A stretch of DNA of 49,979 nucleotides from Allosphingosinicella sp. (GTDB lineage Bacteria > Pseudomonadota > Alphaproteobacteria > Sphingomonadales > Sphingomonadaceae): assembly GCA_036386845.1 (NCBI GenBank), contig DASVUW010000348.1, positions 1 through 49,979 of the forward strand. The letters are read 5' to 3'. A program made the position numbers and the translations under genes. Each line of letters begins with the position of its first letter. Positions within the stretch are counted from its first letter, which is position 1. Shown here piece after piece: positions 47,922 to 49,979 of the stretch. The notes under the pieces are model-generated. The model saw nothing but the letters and a program-made list of their open reading frames with translations. It did not search any database and was not told the origin of the DNA.

Positions 47922-49208
47922 GTGCTTCCTTACTTCCCCGAGATCTATGATGACGAGCTCCTCTACAGCGTCCTAGCCCGCGCGATGCATCACCTGGGCG
48001 CACCGCCCTATTGTTCGTTCTCCCAATATGCGTTCGGGCGTCCTGACGTTCGGGCCATTTACGATCTGCCCAGTCATCTGGCGCCGCTAACGTCAGGACT
48101 GCCGCATGGACCGGACCTGCTGGAAAGGCTCATCCATCGGCATACGCTTTTTCCTTACGATGTGGCCTTTGTTGATCCCGAGGTTCGGGGACGCGTAGCC
48201 AGCGCAATGAGGGATCGCGGGAAGCGCCCGGCTCATGCGCTTGGCAAACCTGGCCTTAGAAACGGCTCGATCGATGCTCTTCGTTTCTGTGCGGATTGCC
48301 TTTCCGAGTGGGAGGCCTCGGGGGTCGAGCCGTATTGGCGGCGCGTTCACCAGCTCCCGAGCGCCCTCGTTTGTGTGCATCACGGTTCGGTTCTGCGGAC
48401 CAGTGAAGCGATCGCCAGTATGCATGGGCGCACTATGTGGGTGCGGGTCGACAGCTCGAGTTGTCCCTCGGACGCTCCTCCGGTGGTGGACGTCGACGAT
48501 GATGCAATATTGTCGCGTTTGCGGCGGTTAGCCAGGGACAGCTGGGACCTTCTCAGGGGAGCGGCGTCGGTTGAGAATTTCGATCGGAAGGGGTATTCTT
48601 CGCGCCTGAGGGACGCTGGATTTGTGCGGGGTCGTGTCGCGCGCTTGGACCTCCGGAGCGTTCGGACAGCTGTCCGCGATTACTGGGGCGGCTGCCTGGA
48701 TTTTTGGCCAGGGTTAAAGGACCTGGATGCCGGACGGGACACTTGGGTAGATAAGCTCGTGCGCTCGCCCGGGCACAAGCCACCTCTCAACCATCTGCTG
48801 TTCAGAGGGTGGCTGGACTCGCTGCCGCCGACTGAGCAAGCTGGGCCGCCATTCGGCGAAGGGCCTTGGCTCTGTGCCAACCCGCTCGCGGCTCATTACG
48901 GCGAGCCGGTCGTAACTCAGTTCGATCTGTGTCGGCGTTTCCATGGGGGCAAGGTGGCTGGAAGGTTCACCTGTGCCTGCGGCTTCGTCTATATCCGACG
49001 GCGGATCGCCGATGGAATTGTGTCCGAGCCACGCTTCGAAGAGTACGGGCCGCTCGCGCCACAGATGATACGAAAATGCAATGCGGAGGGTTGGAGCATT
49101 AACGCGATGGCGCGCCGCTTGAAGGTTTCTCGTAATGCCGTCTCGAACATCGCTGCCAAGAATGGCATCGACCTTTCGCATCGCCGCCGAAAGCGTGAGG
49201 GCGAATGA
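47922..49208 (+). CDS. tniQ: TniQ/TnsD target selector 2 (428 aa)
   Basis: DELLYSVLAR, LRFCADC, WRRVHQLP..LVCVHH, PFGEGPWLCANPL, FTCACGF; ends after one HTH (WSINAMARRLKVSRNAVS). Confidence 0.88.
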   Translation: MLPYFPEIYDDELLYSVLARAMHHLGAPPYCSFSQYAFGRPDVRAIYDLPSHLAPLTSGLPHGPDLLERLIHRHTLFPYDVAFVDPEVRGRVASAMRDRGKRPAHALGKPGLRNGSIDALRFCADCLSEWEASGVEPYWRRVHQLPSALVCVHHGSVLRTSEAIASMHGRTMWVRVDSSSCPSDAPPVVDVDDDAILSRLRRLARDSWDLLRGAASVENFDRKGYSSRLRDAGFVRGRVARLDLRSVRTAVRDYWGGCLDFWPGLKDLDAGRDTWVDKLVRSPGHKPPLNHLLFRGWLDSLPPTEQAGPPFGEGPWLCANPLAAHYGEPVVTQFDLCRRFHGGKVAGRFTCACGFVYIRRRIADGIVSEPRFEEYGPLAPQMIRKCNAEGWSINAMARRLKVSRNAVSNIAAKNGIDLSHRRRKREGE

Positions 49209-49237
49209 GCAAACCAACGACTGAGGTGGACGAAAGC

Positions 49238-49385
49238 GGAAATGTATTTTGTCACGCCACCGGCGCGGTCCCCTACCACGAGCTGGATCGTGCGCGATTT
49301 CGACGGAAAAGTTTCCATCTAAAGGCCCAAAATTGGAGGCCCCGCCTTCGAACGCCTCAGGGGAAAACTTTATTGGGACTGCTCA
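49238..49385 (-). repeat. Transposon end distal to glmS (Tn7L-like) with widely spaced TnsB sites
   Basis: Terminal site GGAAAACTTTATTG (49362-49375), inner site GGAAATGTATTTTGTC (49238-49253), possible weak site near 49305; ends ...GCTCA. Confidence 0.85.
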
Positions 49386-49390
49386 GACCG
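49386..49390 (+). repeat. 5-bp target site duplication GACCG (right copy)
   Basis: Matches 3354-3358. Confidence 0.95.
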
Positions 49391-49391
49391 A

Positions 49392-49979
49392 TCAGTTCCG
49401 CGCCGGAGCGAAATCGGCCATCTGGCCGGCCAGCGCCCGCTGGAAGGCGGGCCGGGACTCGCAGCGCGCGAGATAGGCCGCGAGGCCAGCTTCACCCACC
49501 AGTTCGGTATGGCGCAGGATTCTGAGCACCGTCGCCATCATCAGGTCGCCGGCGGTGAAGCGGGGCCCGTCGATGAAGGGTCCGTCGCCAAGCGCCGCCG
49601 CCAGTTCGGCCAGGCGTTTCCTCGCGCCCGCCTCCGCTTCCGGACGCCTGAGCCTGGCCCATTCCTGGTCCGCCGCGAACAGGTCGATCCCGGCCAGGTT
49701 GGCGATCGGCGGCTCGATCGTGTTGAGGGCTGCGAAAAGCCATTCGATCGCCCGGGCTCGAGCGGCGGGGTCGCCCGGGAGTAGATTCTCGCTTCGCTCC
49801 GCGATCCGAAGCACGATCGCGCCCGAGTCGAACAGCTTCAGGCCGTTCTCCTCATAGGCCGGCACCTGGCCGAACGGCTGCCAGGCCCGATAGTCGGCGC
49901 CGTCCTTCTCCCCGTCGGCGAGCAGCTTGACCTCGTAGCGGAGCCCCGCCTCCTCGAGCGCCCATCGCACCCTGAGGTC
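49392..49979 (-). CDS. Glutathione S-transferase family protein (5' end outside window)
   Basis: RVRWALEEAG, QPFGQVP, LFDSGAI, FTAGDLMM, RPAFQRAL. Confidence 0.92.
   Translation of the reverse strand, partial: DLRVRWALEEAGLRYEVKLLADGEKDGADYRAWQPFGQVPAYEENGLKLFDSGAIVLRIAERSENLLPGDPAARARAIEWLFAALNTIEPPIANLAGIDLFAADQEWARLRRPEAEAGARKRLAELAAALGDGPFIDGPRFTAGDLMMATVLRILRHTELVGEAGLAAYLARCESRPAFQRALAGQMADFAPARN

Noticed and set aside
41390-49385. CRISPR-associated transposon (CAST) or tnsE pathway
   Set aside because: No cas-like or tnsE-like ORF and no repeat-spacer array seen near the tns genes, in the 130-bp tniQ gap, or at either end
49205-49525. 106-aa ORF after tniQ2
   Set aside because: Runs across the transposon end and TSD into the antisense of GST, so it is unlikely to be a real gene

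Overview
High-GC alphaproteobacterial (sphingomonad-like) chromosome segment. Host glmU-glmS at the left and a partial glutathione S-transferase gene at the right flank one complete 46,027-bp Tn7-like transposon (3359-49385). It sits at the classical attTn7 position 24 bp after the glmS stop and has a perfect 5-bp target duplication (GACCG) and TGAG...CTCA termini. The tnsA-tnsB-tnsC module lies at the glmS-distal end with TWO TniQ/TnsD target selectors and no tnsE or cas genes. Two divergent, apparently catalytically dead TnsB-like DNA-binding genes precede it. Cargo: (1) an uncharacterised five-gene operon (PRTase-like, STAND/AAA+-like ATPase, tandem Rossmann/CARF-like protein, SIS-HAD fusion, PfkB kinase) converging on an XRE-controlled NADAR gene, the best candidate for an undescribed nucleotide-based defence system; (2) an MNT-HEPN fusion; (3) a ~15-kb copper/metal island (two P1B ATPases, cueR, a CutF-like arrest-peptide leader with an SD-sequestering hairpin, copAB, copZ, dmeF); (4) two tandem Pycsar-type systems (cyclase + cNMP-TIR; double-domain cyclase + E2-like protein + TM effector); (5) an AbiEii-type TA pair, an ArsR-family gene and a DnaQ-like exonuclease. 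All family calls come from motif recognition by eye, not database searches.
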